A DNA stretch of 64,000 nucleotides. It comes from a bacterium. Its GTDB lineage: Bacteria > Desulfobacterota > DSWW01. The notes below the pieces were generated by a model that saw only the letters and a program-made list of their open reading frames with translations, made no database searches and had not been told where the DNA came from. Shown in pieces: positions 50,774 to 59,939 of this stretch (position 1 is its first letter; each line of letters begins with the position of its first letter). A program made the translations under genes and the position numbers. Where the stretch lies: the NCBI GenBank assembly GCA_040756235.1, contig JBFLZG010000002.1, forward strand, positions 32,001 through 96,000. The letters run 5' to 3'.

Positions 50774-50937
50774 GAGCCTGTTCATAAATGCCCAGATGCA
50801 AGGCGCGCGAGATCCCGAGGAATGAGGCGTACATTTCAGTACGCCGCAGTGACCCCGGCTTTCGCCGGGGCAGGCTGCCCCAGGACCTCCACGCCGGATG
50901 AGCGCAACGCCGCAGATGGGCGTTTAGGGACAGGCTC
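50774..50937 (+). repeat. Repeat family A, copy 6
   Basis: GAGCCTGT..CCAGATGCAAGGCGCG ... GCAACGCCGCAGATGG..ACAGGCTC. Confidence 0.9.
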
Positions 50938-50973
50938 TCAGCCGGCGTGAAGCCGGGCAAAGGAGATCGGATC

Positions 50974-51945
50974 ATGGCGACCATGACCATGGCTCAGGCC
51001 ATCAATGACGCGATTGCCCTGGAGATGGAGCGGGACCCTGACGTTTTCATGCTCGGAGAAGACATCAGCATCGGCATCATCGGCGTGACCGCAGGCCTGC
51101 AGGCCCGGTTCGGAAAGAAGCGTGTCCTGGACACGCCGATCTCCGAGAGCGCCATCGTCGGCGCGGCGGTGGGCGCGGCGGCGGTCGGTTTGAGGCCCAT
51201 CGCCGAGCTCATGTTCGTGGACTTCATCGGCGTCTCCATGGACCAGCTCTTCAACCAGGCCGCCAAGATGCGCTACATGTTCGGAGGCAAGGCGAAGATT
51301 CCCATGGTGCTGCGCGCCACCTGCGGCGCGGGCATGGGCGCCTCGGCCCAGCACTCCCAGTCTCTGGAGGCCTGGTTCATGCACGTCCCGGGGCTCAAGG
51401 TGGTCATGCCGAGTACGCCTTACGACGCCAAAGGGCTGCTCGCCTCCGCGGTCCGGGACGACAATCCGGTAGTGTTCCTCGAGAACAAGCTCCTCTACTT
51501 CACGATGGGTGAAGTGCCTGCAGAAGCCTACACCCTGCCGCTCGGCAAGGCCGACATCAAGCGGGAGGGCAAGGACGTGACGGTCGTGGCCACCGGCCAG
51601 ATGGTGGGCCGGGCGCTCGCCGCCGCGGAGAAGCTGGCCGCCGATGGCGTCAGCGTGGAAATCCTCGACCCGCGAACGCTTCTGCCTCTGGATGAGGGGG
51701 CGATCCTGGAGTCGGTGCGCAAGACCCACCGCCTCGTCATCGTTCACGAGGAAGTGAAGTTCTGCGGCTCCGGCGCCGAGATTGCGGCGACCGTGGCCGA
51801 GAAGGCGTTCGGATATCTGGATGCTCCCATCCTGCGCGTGGCCGCGCCTTTCTGCCCGGTGCCGTTCAGCGGAAAGCTCGAGGCGGAGTTCATCCCCAGC
51901 GAGGAGAAGATCCTGACGGCCCTCCGGACGGTCATGGAAGGGTAA
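50974..51945 (+). CDS. acoB: Acetoin/2-oxoacid dehydrogenase E1 beta
   Basis: GED, DTPISE, MFVDF, QHSQ, DAKGLL, LDAP. Confidence 0.85.
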   Translation: MATMTMAQAINDAIALEMERDPDVFMLGEDISIGIIGVTAGLQARFGKKRVLDTPISESAIVGAAVGAAAVGLRPIAELMFVDFIGVSMDQLFNQAAKMRYMFGGKAKIPMVLRATCGAGMGASAQHSQSLEAWFMHVPGLKVVMPSTPYDAKGLLASAVRDDNPVVFLENKLLYFTMGEVPAEAYTLPLGKADIKREGKDVTVVATGQMVGRALAAAEKLAADGVSVEILDPRTLLPLDEGAILESVRKTHRLVIVHEEVKFCGSGAEIAATVAEKAFGYLDAPILRVAAPFCPVPFSGKLEAEFIPSEEKILTALRTVMEG

Positions 51946-52015
51946 GCAGGCCGGTCACTCGATGCCGGCTGTGCTGGAATACATGCAATCGGTTTAGGTG
52001 CAAGTTCCGCGGGGA

Positions 52016-52276
52016 GGGGTATTCCGGCTGGATTTGCCTGGGGCTCAAAACGCTCCGGCCCGTTCTCCTCCCAAGGGTCGGAGACTACGGCCCTTCGGGC
52101 GGGTCGCTGTTTTCGTCCCTCGTCCCGGGCCGGGTGTATCCGGGCACACCGCCTAGCCCGACCGCAGAACAGTCGGGCTAGAGGGCGAGATAACGAGAAA
52201 CAGCGCTGCGTTCCACCGGCCTTCGGGACTCGCGACGGGCTTCCGCGACTCGCCCCGCAAATCGCCGGAACACCCC
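52016..52276 (+). repeat. Repeat family B, copy 3
   Basis: Near-identical core to 1169-1428 (e.g. GAGGGCGAGATAACGAGAAACAGCGCTGCGTTCC); different but self-complementary termini. Confidence 0.88.
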
Positions 52277-52306
52277 ATCCTCCGCGGAACCGAGGATCGT
52301 GCGCGA

Positions 52307-54175
52307 ATGCCTTTCTTGCAGAGCGGACGGGGATCGAACGCTGGGCGCACGGTGCATCCGGCTATTTTTCACCAGCCTCTGCAGAGCATCCTCTTCTCAC
52401 GACTGAAGGGCCGATGCCGCTTCGGGTTTGCGGCCGTCGCTGCGCTCCTGCTGCTCGGTCAGCCTTCGCGAACCGCCGCTTCCTGGTTCCTGGACGGGGA
52501 GCATTTCCTCGCCTCGGTGCATGGCGAGCTCTCGTGCCAGGACTGCCACGAGGAGGTTTCCTCGAGCAAGTCGCATCCGGACCCCGCGGACGTCAACCGG
52601 GACCCGAGAGAGTCCTTCAGCCCCGACCGGTGTGCCGACTGCCACCAGGACGTCGTGGACAAGATCGATGAGGGAAGGCACGCCCGCGTCCGGAGGAAGA
52701 AAGGCAGAGCGGCTTGGGAGAAGTGCCTCGACTGCCACGATCCTCATTACCAGGAGCCCTATGAGAATCGCCGACAGGCTGAACCCGAGCCGGGAGCCGG
52801 TACGGAGCGCTCCCGGCCTCGACTTGCTGAAGCGGACGCGGCGTGCATGGATTGCCACGGATCCGTCCCGGCGGGCGCTTCCCGGGCGGCGGAAAAAGTA
52901 GCGGCTCTCTGCATGTACTGTCATGGTGAGACGCGCGAGCGGCCTCCGGCCGGCCCGGCCGTACGCATGCCGCTGCTCGACGGCGCCTCCTACGCCGCCT
53001 CGACGCACCGCAAGACGGCCTGCACGGTTTGTCACCTGGCGTCCGCCGCGTACCCTCACGCACGCCAGCGCCTCGGACCGTGCGGAACCTGCCACGCACG
53101 CCACGACGAGAAGGTCGCTCATGACCCGCACCTGGGCACGACCTGTGAGGCCTGCCACCTTGCAGCGGTCGAGCCGGTCCGGGAGGCCGCCTCGGGGAGC
53201 ATCGCCTGGAAGCTGAATACCGAGGCGGGCCGTCCGCTCGAGGTGCACCGCATGTCTTGGCGGGGGGGCCTGGAGCGGTGCCGGCGCTGCCACTTTCCAC
53301 AGAACCGGTTGGGTGCTGCCGCACAGGCCCTTCCGGCCAAGAGCATCCTTTGCATGCCCTGTCATGCGGCCACCTTCTCCGCGTCGGACCCGGTCACGCT
53401 CGCGGCCCTGGCGATCTTCGCTCTGGGGCTGGCAAGCCTCGTGATGGTCTGGGTGCGGGGGAGCAGCGCGATCGGGCAGGAGGGCAGGGGAGGGCTGGCC
53501 GTAAGGCTGCCGGGGGCGCTCGAGGGTTTCCTGCGCGTGGTGTTCTCGCGCCGCATGGGATCGATCTTGAGGGCGCTCTTCCTGGATGCCTTCCTGCAGA
53601 GAAGACTCTACAAGCAGTCGCGCGTGCGCTGGGCGATCCACGGCCTGATCTTCTTTCCCGTGGTGGTGCGCTTCGGCTACGGGCTGGCCGGGCTCCTGGC
53701 GTCGCTCTTGTCCCCGCAGTGGCCGCCGACCTGGGTCCTGCTCGACAAGAACGCTCCCGTCACGGCGCTCGTTTCCGATCTCACCGGCGTCCTCGTACTG
53801 CTGGGCGTGGCTCTGGTCATGGCCCGAAGGCTGCGCAGCAGGCCGGAGCAGCGGCTCGAAGGCCTGCCGCGACCGGACTGGGCGGCCTACGGCTTGTTGT
53901 TCGGCGTCCTGGCTGTGGGGTACATCCTGGAGGGTATGCGGATCGCTATGACCGGGAGCCCGCCGGGTGCGGCATATGCATTCGTCGGCTGTCCGCTGAG
54001 CCACCTGCTCGGCGGCGCGGGGCTCGACGTCGCGTTCGGCTACGTCTGGTACGCCCACGCTGTCCTGACCGGCGCGTTCGTTGCGTACCTGCCGTTCAGC
54101 CGGATGTTCCACATCGTGATGGCGCCCGTATCGATCGCCCTGCGAGCCGCCGCGGGGAAGTCAGAGGAACGTTGA
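52307..54175 (+). CDS. Decaheme cytochrome c fused to a NarI/HdrE-like membrane domain (start uncertain)
   Basis: Signal-like segment, 10 CxxCH motifs, then TM domain with WAIHGL, GYILEGMR, YAH..YLPFSRMFH. Confidence 0.85.
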   Translation: MPFLQSGRGSNAGRTVHPAIFHQPLQSILFSRLKGRCRFGFAAVAALLLLGQPSRTAASWFLDGEHFLASVHGELSCQDCHEEVSSSKSHPDPADVNRDPRESFSPDRCADCHQDVVDKIDEGRHARVRRKKGRAAWEKCLDCHDPHYQEPYENRRQAEPEPGAGTERSRPRLAEADAACMDCHGSVPAGASRAAEKVAALCMYCHGETRERPPAGPAVRMPLLDGASYAASTHRKTACTVCHLASAAYPHARQRLGPCGTCHARHDEKVAHDPHLGTTCEACHLAAVEPVREAASGSIAWKLNTEAGRPLEVHRMSWRGGLERCRRCHFPQNRLGAAAQALPAKSILCMPCHAATFSASDPVTLAALAIFALGLASLVMVWVRGSSAIGQEGRGGLAVRLPGALEGFLRVVFSRRMGSILRALFLDAFLQRRLYKQSRVRWAIHGLIFFPVVVRFGYGLAGLLASLLSPQWPPTWVLLDKNAPVTALVSDLTGVLVLLGVALVMARRLRSRPEQRLEGLPRPDWAAYGLLFGVLAVGYILEGMRIAMTGSPPGAAYAFVGCPLSHLLGGAGLDVAFGYVWYAHAVLTGAFVAYLPFSRMFHIVMAPVSIALRAAAGKSEER

Positions 54176-54279
54176 CAGCGTGCCTCACAGAGAGTGTCAC
54201 GCATGACCGTCTCCGCGGGGGCCGTGGGATTCGGCAGAGGATTCAGCTATCCTGGTTTGCAGAGGGAAGGGACAGGAAG

Positions 54280-54702
54280 ATGGAAATTCAGAGCTACCAG
54301 ATGCCGGAGGAGCTTTATTACGAGGAGCACCACTTCTGGGTTCGCGTGGAGGGGGAGTTCTTGGTCATGGGCATGGACGACTTCGCCCAGCAGATGGCAG
54401 GGGACGTGGTCTACGTGCAGCTTCCCTTCGAGGGGAAAAAGCTGGAAGTCGGGAAGAAGTTCGCCCAGGTGGAATCCGGAAAGTGGCTGGGAAAGGTGTA
54501 CGCTCCGGTGAACGGCACCGTGGCAGCCGGCAATGAAGAGCTGGAGACGAACCCCGGGTTGATCAACCAGGACTGCTACGGCAAAGGTTGGATGTACAAG
54601 ATCAAGCCGGCGGATATCGGGGAGGTGGAGAAGCTGATCCACGGCCGCGAAGCGGTGGAGAAGTGGCTCCTGGCGGATATTGAGAAATACAAACAGCAGT
54701 AG
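54280..54702 (+). CDS. gcvH: GcvH / LbpA-like lipoyl carrier protein
   Basis: LYYEEHHFW, GMDDFAQ, VESGKWLG lipoyl-Lys, APVNG, IN.DCYG.GW. Confidence 0.88.
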   Translation: MEIQSYQMPEELYYEEHHFWVRVEGEFLVMGMDDFAQQMAGDVVYVQLPFEGKKLEVGKKFAQVESGKWLGKVYAPVNGTVAAGNEELETNPGLINQDCYGKGWMYKIKPADIGEVEKLIHGREAVEKWLLADIEKYKQQ

Positions 54703-54721
54703 CAGAGGGTGGAGAGCCCCT

Positions 54722-55918
54722 ATGGGCCACCGAGGCTACAGCGCTCGAGAGCTGATCCAGGCCGAGGCCTGCACGCACTGCTCCGTCTGTACGGACGTCT
54801 GCCCGGCCGTTTCCGCCTCGCGCGACGGACGTCTGTCCGGGCTCTACAGGCTGGGCGAGCTCAAGCGCATTCAGCGGTCGAGGTACGGGGTTCTGCACCG
54901 GCTCCTGGGCCGCAAGAGGCCGCAGCCCGAGCAGCTGAAGCCGTTCGGCGAGACGGTCTTCCGCTGCACCTTGTGCGGCCGCTGCCAGGAGGTGTGCCCT
55001 TCCGGGATCCTCCTCAAGGACCTGTGGCTTTCTCTGCGGGAGGATTTGGTCGTCTCCAGCGCCTACCCGAACAAGATCGACGGCATCCGGGAGAACCTTT
55101 CCGAGGCGCACAACGTCTTTGCGGAAGACGACGACGAGCGGGGCGGCTGGGTCGAAAATATGCGGGCGCCGCCCGCGCACGGGTACGTCAGAGACCGGGC
55201 CGAGGTGGTCTATTTCACCGGCTGCGTGGCCGCCTACTTTCCCATGGCCCAGCAGATCCCGGTGGCGCTGGCCGAGCTGTTCGGGGCGCTCGAGGTCGAC
55301 TTCACCCTGCTCGGACCCGAGGAGTGGTGCTGCGGCTTCCCTCTGGTCGGGGCCGGGCTCAGGCAGGAGGCCGCGCCGTTCATCCGGCATAACCTCGAGG
55401 CGGTGCTGCGGAAGAGGGCTACCCGAGTCGTCTTTGCCTGTCCCACCTGCTACCAGATGTGGCGCGAGCACTACCCGTACGAGCGGCACGGGTTGGAGAT
55501 CCGCCACGTCACGGAATTCCTCCACCAGCGAACCGCCAGGAGGCCGCTCCCGCTCGCCGAGCTTCCTCTCACCGTGACCTATCATGACCCGTGCGATCTG
55601 GGGCGCGGGGCCAGGGTGTTCGAGGCCCCCCGCGAGCTCGTTCGCTCCATCCCGGGCGTGAGGCTGGTGGAGCTCGCGCACACCCGGGAAGATTGCCGCT
55701 GCTGCGGCGGCGGCGGCAACCTCGAGATGATCGACGCCAAGCTCTCCGGAGAAATCGCCAGAGAAAAGATCGGCGAGGCGCTCGCGACCGGAACCGCGGC
55801 CGTGGTCACTTCCTGCCAGCAGTGCGTTCGCACGCTGGCCACCTACGCGAAAAGAAACAAAGTCCCCCTCGAAGTCCTGGACGTCGTGCAGCTCCTGCGG
55901 CGGGCCCTGAGAAAATGA
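54722..55918 (+). CDS. HdrD/GlpC-like Fe-S protein (2x[4Fe-4S] + two CCG domains)
   Basis: CTHCSVCTDVCP, CTLCGRCQEVCP, YFTGC, CCG, CPTC, YHDPC, CCGGGG, CQQC. Confidence 0.9.
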   Translation: MGHRGYSARELIQAEACTHCSVCTDVCPAVSASRDGRLSGLYRLGELKRIQRSRYGVLHRLLGRKRPQPEQLKPFGETVFRCTLCGRCQEVCPSGILLKDLWLSLREDLVVSSAYPNKIDGIRENLSEAHNVFAEDDDERGGWVENMRAPPAHGYVRDRAEVVYFTGCVAAYFPMAQQIPVALAELFGALEVDFTLLGPEEWCCGFPLVGAGLRQEAAPFIRHNLEAVLRKRATRVVFACPTCYQMWREHYPYERHGLEIRHVTEFLHQRTARRPLPLAELPLTVTYHDPCDLGRGARVFEAPRELVRSIPGVRLVELAHTREDCRCCGGGGNLEMIDAKLSGEIAREKIGEALATGTAAVVTSCQQCVRTLATYAKRNKVPLEVLDVVQLLRRALRK

Positions 55919-55919
55919 A

Positions 55920-57005
55920 ATGACGAACAAGAAGACCTTCCGGCTCCTCGATATGCCGCCGGTCACCGCGGCGGAGAACATGGCTCTGGACGAGGCCCTG
56001 CTGGAGGCCAAGAGCCGGGGAGATGCACCCGATACGGTGCGTTTTCTCCGGTTCTCGCCGCCCGCCGTGCTCGTCGGCTTCCATCAGTCCGTGGAAGACG
56101 AGGTCCGCACGGACTTCTGCCGTGCGAATGGCATCCAGGTCAATCGCCGCATCACGGGCGGCGGAGCGATCCTTCTGGATGAGAGCCAGATCGGCTGGGA
56201 GCTCGTGTGCGACAAGCGGTTCTTCGATTTCTCCCTGCCCGGCCCGAAGTTGTTCCAGAGGCTGTGCGAGCCGGTCGTCACCGCCCTCGAGCGGCTCGGC
56301 GTCCGGGCCTGCTTCAGGCCCCGGAACGACATCGAGGTCGACGGCCGCAAGATCTCCGGGACCGGCGGGACCGACTCGGAGACAGCCTTCCTCTTCCACG
56401 GCAGCCTGCTCGTGGATTTCGACGTCGAGACCATGCTCCGCGCCCTCCGGGTTCCGGTGGAGAAGCTCGAGGCCAAGGAGATCGAATCGCTCCGGCAGCG
56501 GGTGACCTGCTTGAAGTGGGAGCTGGGAGAGACGCCTTCGCCCGACGCGATCAAGCAGGCGCTCGCCTCGGGCTTCAGGGAGCATTTCGGGATCCGGCTC
56601 GAGCCGGCCGGCCTGACGAACCTGGAAAAGGAGCTTTACCAGCAGGCCCTGGGTTGGTTCCGGTCCCGGGCCTGGATCGATCCTCCGAGACCCGTTTCCA
56701 GGAAAGCGCAACCCCTCCATGGTGCGTGCAGGACCGATGCCGGTCTGGTGCGGTTCACGCTGGCTGCCGACCTGCCGGCCAAGAGGATTCGGCAGGCCTA
56801 CATCACCGGGGACTTCCTTTCCTTCCCGTCCCGCGGCCTCTACGACCTGGAGGCCCGTCTCAGAGGGGCGCCCCTGGACCTCGACCTTCTGAGAGGGATC
56901 GTGCGGAGCTTCTTCGACGAGGGCCGCATCCGGATCGTGGGCATGTCGTCTGATGAGTTCATGGAGCCTCTCAAGAAGGCCCTCCAGGCGGGGCCTGATA
57001 CCTGA
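55920..57005 (+). CDS. Lipoate-protein ligase with catalytic + accessory domains (Lpl(AB)-like)
   Basis: NMALDEAL, RRITGGGA, ND..GRKISG, HGS, C-terminal ITGDF domain. Confidence 0.9.
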   Translation: MTNKKTFRLLDMPPVTAAENMALDEALLEAKSRGDAPDTVRFLRFSPPAVLVGFHQSVEDEVRTDFCRANGIQVNRRITGGGAILLDESQIGWELVCDKRFFDFSLPGPKLFQRLCEPVVTALERLGVRACFRPRNDIEVDGRKISGTGGTDSETAFLFHGSLLVDFDVETMLRALRVPVEKLEAKEIESLRQRVTCLKWELGETPSPDAIKQALASGFREHFGIRLEPAGLTNLEKELYQQALGWFRSRAWIDPPRPVSRKAQPLHGACRTDAGLVRFTLAADLPAKRIRQAYITGDFLSFPSRGLYDLEARLRGAPLDLDLLRGIVRSFFDEGRIRIVGMSSDEFMEPLKKALQAGPDT

Positions 57006-57020
57006 CACCTGATACCCGAC
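56995..57020. repeat. Heptamer tandem repeat between convergent genes
   Basis: CCTGATA CCTGACA CCTGATA CCCGAC. Confidence 0.55.
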
Positions 57021-57027
57021 GCCTTGC

Positions 57028-58176
57028 TTACCGGCTGCCTCGGAAAAGGGGCAGCTGCAGCTCTCTTGCGTTCACCACGCTCGGGACTGCCTTGGGGGGC
57101 GGATCTCGAAGAAAGGCCGAGAGGTCCTGCTCCGCCCATAGCGGATATCCCAGCAGCATCCCTGCGACGTTGGCGGCGGCCAGCACGGCCATGGACTCCC
57201 GGGTCCAGGTGCTGGCCGAGCCCAGATGAGGGACGATCACGACGTTGTCGAGCTCCTTCAGTCCCGGCTTCATCGCCGGCTCGTCCTCGAAGACGTCGAG
57301 GCCGGCCCTGAAATTTGGGTGCCTGCGGCAGTGCGCCACCAGCGCCTCCTCGTCGATGAGCGGCCCGCGGCTGGTATTGACCAGGACCGCGTTCTCCTGC
57401 ATACGGCTCAGCCGCTCCTGGTTGATGAGGTGACGCGTGGCATCGCTGAGAACGGTGTGCAGGCTCACCACGTCCGCTTCCCGAAGCACCTCCTCCAGGG
57501 TCTCGGCGCGCCTGCAGGACACGGGACTTTCTCCTCGCGATTCGAGGAAACGGCCGTAGTCCGCGACAAAGGCCTCCAGGGACGGATTCGGATGGAGATC
57601 GTAATAGAGCAGGTGCATCTTGTGGCCTTCGACCATCATGCGTCCGTAAGCGGCGCCGATGCGTCCGGCGCCGATGATGCCCACGGTTTTCCGCCAGAGG
57701 AGCTGCCCGAGCAGGAGCGTCGGCAGCCAACCCCGGTAGCGGCCTGCGCGCATGAACCGATCGCCTTCCGCGACCCGGCGAGCCGCCGCGAAGGTGAGGG
57801 AAACGGCCATCTCCGCCGTGGTCTCGGTCAGGACGCCGGGCGTGTTCCCGACCGGGATGCCGCACCTGGTGGCGCTCAAGAGGTCGACGTTGTCGAAGCC
57901 GACCGCATAGTTGCTGTAGGCCTTGCCGCCGGCCGCGACCAGGGTGTCGAACAGCTCCCCGGCCCACCTTTCGGTGAGCTGCCCGATGCATCCGTCGCAG
58001 CGGGCTCCCATCGCGTCGCGGATTTCCTCGGTTGTCAGGATGTCGGTGGAGGCGCAGACTTCCACCCTGCAATCCGCCAGGGCGAGGATCTCGAGCCACC
58101 TCTTTCCGGGCAGCTCCTTGGTCACGATCACCCGCCGCTTGCCTGCGGGACGATAAGTGTTCCACTCTTTCTTCAC
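57028..58176 (-). CDS. Hydroxypyruvate reductase / D-glycerate dehydrogenase
   Basis: GTG start with AGGAGG RBS; GNTPGVLTETTAE, GAGRIG, NTSRG, LDVFEDEP, PHLGSA. Confidence 0.88.
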   Translation of the reverse strand: MKKEWNTYRPAGKRRVIVTKELPGKRWLEILALADCRVEVCASTDILTTEEIRDAMGARCDGCIGQLTERWAGELFDTLVAAGGKAYSNYAVGFDNVDLLSATRCGIPVGNTPGVLTETTAEMAVSLTFAAARRVAEGDRFMRAGRYRGWLPTLLLGQLLWRKTVGIIGAGRIGAAYGRMMVEGHKMHLLYYDLHPNPSLEAFVADYGRFLESRGESPVSCRRAETLEEVLREADVVSLHTVLSDATRHLINQERLSRMQENAVLVNTSRGPLIDEEALVAHCRRHPNFRAGLDVFEDEPAMKPGLKELDNVVIVPHLGSASTWTRESMAVLAAANVAGMLLGYPLWAEQDLSAFLRDPPPKAVPSVVNARELQLPLFRGSR

Positions 58177-58224
58177 GGCCGGACCTCCTGGCGCAAAGGG
58201 TCGTTTCGGTTGGGGCATTCTGGG

Positions 58225-58325
58225 GGAGATTGGTCGAATTGTCAAGATTTGGAGTAGATATGGCATATTATTCAGGAATTGAGCTTGATTTTGATGAAAA
58301 CAACAGATCCTTTCTTGATTCTGCA
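58225..58325. promoter_or_regulatory. AT-rich divergent promoter region between the reductase and Lrp genes
   Basis: Locally AT-rich; minus-strand TTGACA at 58245-58240. Confidence 0.45.
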
Positions 58326-58383
58326 CGAACGACCCTATAGACTGCGAGGAGGGACGGTTGCCGGACCCCGGAGGGAGCGCCGA

Positions 58384-58827
58384 TTGAAGATCGACGAGAC
58401 GAGCATCGGGATCATCAAGCACCTGCGTGAGGGCAGGAGATCCTACAAGGAGGTGGCCGGCAAGCTGGGGATCGCGGAGAACACAGTGCGGAGCCGTGTG
58501 AGCAAGATGATCCGCGAAGGGATCCTGGAGATCGCGGGGCTCGTGGACCCGGAAAACCTGCCGCGGCACCGTCTGGTCGTGGTCGGGGTCAAGCTGTCCA
58601 CCATGGATCTCGTCCGCAAGGGGAAAGAGTTCAGCAAGCTCAAGGGAGTGGTCTCGGTCAGCGTGGTGACCGGTCGCTTCGACCTGATCCTGCTGGTGCT
58701 CCTGAGGGAAGGGTTCGATCTGCTGGAGTTCTACACCCGGGAGGTGGCGCGCGTCCAAGACGTCCAGTCCGTGGAGACCTTCGTCGTGTACAAGAGCTAT
58801 AATCTGAAAATTCCGTACGTCCTTTGA
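58384..58827 (+). CDS. Lrp/AsnC-family transcriptional regulator
   Basis: TTG start after GAGGGAG; KIDE..II..L..GR.SY..A..LG...TV..R HTH; VTGRFDL. Confidence 0.88.
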   Translation: MKIDETSIGIIKHLREGRRSYKEVAGKLGIAENTVRSRVSKMIREGILEIAGLVDPENLPRHRLVVVGVKLSTMDLVRKGKEFSKLKGVVSVSVVTGRFDLILLVLLREGFDLLEFYTREVARVQDVQSVETFVVYKSYNLKIPYVL

Positions 58828-58837
58828 TCGAGCGGCG

Positions 58838-59845
58838 ATGGAACCGGCCAGTCTGTTGAGAGAGGCCCGCGAGACCTCGTGGCGCGTGTTCGGGCGGAAG
58901 ATTCTCTTCTTCTTGCCGGGCATGTTCCGGATCGACGGCGTCAGCGGCGGCACCCGGGCCCTTTCCATCACGGGCGAACGCTGCGCCCTCCAATGCGATC
59001 ACTGCCGGGGCAGGCTCCTGGCCTCGATGAGGTCTGCCGCGACGCCGGAAGAGCTCGTTCGCGAGTGCCTGAGCCTTGCGGCAGACGGCGGGCGGAGCGT
59101 GCTGATCAGCGGCGGCTGCGATGGCGCCGGCAGGCTCCCGTGGGGGCGGTTCGCGTCCGCGATCCGCAAGGTGAAGGAGGAAACCGGCTTGTTTGTTGCG
59201 GTCCACAGCGGGCTCGTGGACGAGCCGACCGCGCGCGCGCTGAAGGCGACCGGCGCGGACCAGGCCCTGATCGACGTGGTGGGGGACGACCGGACCCTGC
59301 GCGACGTCTGCCATCTGGAGGGCGGCGTCCAGGCGATCGCTTGCTCGCTTGGCGCGCTGCGCAAGGCGGGCCTCGATCTGGTCCCTCACGTCGTGTGCGG
59401 CCTTCACTTCGGGACCTTTCGCGGCGAGGAGCGAGCCCTGGAGATGATCGAAGCATCGAGGCCTTCTCAAGTCGTCTTCTGCGGCCTCATGGGGCTTCCG
59501 GGAACGCCGGCCGAGGGTTGGCCGCCGCCGCCTGCCGAGAGGGTTGCCGAGCTCATCGCCAGAGCACGGCTCGCCCTTCCGGCCACCCCGCTGAGCCTGG
59601 GATGTGCGCGCCAGAGAGGCAACAGGCGGATGGAGTTGCTGGCCATCGACGCGGGCGTGAACCGCATGGCGTTGCCTTCGGAAGAAGCCGTGGACCATGC
59701 CCGTGCATACGGTCTGGAGATCCGCTATCAGGGGACGTGCTGCTCCCTGCCGGAGAGGGCTTCGATAGATGAATTCCCTCTCCCCGTGCACGGGGGAGAG
59801 GGGCAGGGTGAGGGGGAGCAGGAGCCGATTCACCCCTCATCCTGA
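58838..59845 (+). CDS. Radical SAM protein, LipS1-like lipoyl synthase component
   Basis: CALQCDHC, LISGG, LGCAR and TCCS motifs; lipoate gene context. Confidence 0.75.
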   Translation: MEPASLLREARETSWRVFGRKILFFLPGMFRIDGVSGGTRALSITGERCALQCDHCRGRLLASMRSAATPEELVRECLSLAADGGRSVLISGGCDGAGRLPWGRFASAIRKVKEETGLFVAVHSGLVDEPTARALKATGADQALIDVVGDDRTLRDVCHLEGGVQAIACSLGALRKAGLDLVPHVVCGLHFGTFRGEERALEMIEASRPSQVVFCGLMGLPGTPAEGWPPPPAERVAELIARARLALPATPLSLGCARQRGNRRMELLAIDAGVNRMALPSEEAVDHARAYGLEIRYQGTCCSLPERASIDEFPLPVHGGEGQGEGEQEPIHPSS

Positions 59846-59872
59846 CCTTCTCCCCTCGCCGAGGGGAGAAGG
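59776..59872. repeat. CCCTCTCCC / GGGTGAGGGG palindromic repeat pair
   Basis: Two hairpins (CCCTCTCCCC..GGGGAGAGGG and CCTTCTCCCC..GGGGAGAAGG) with a GGGTGAGGGG/CCCCTCATCC stem between them; overlaps the 3' end of the LipS1-like ORF. Confidence 0.7.
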
Positions 59873-59939
59873 TGTTTCAAGGGCGAGGAACACGCGCGAG
59901 ATCTGATTACGAGTAGAGCGGAGATGAGGAAGGAGAGAG

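Noticed and set aside
58261..58280. Sigma-54 promoter at TGGCAT
   Set aside because: No TTGC element at the required -12 spacing
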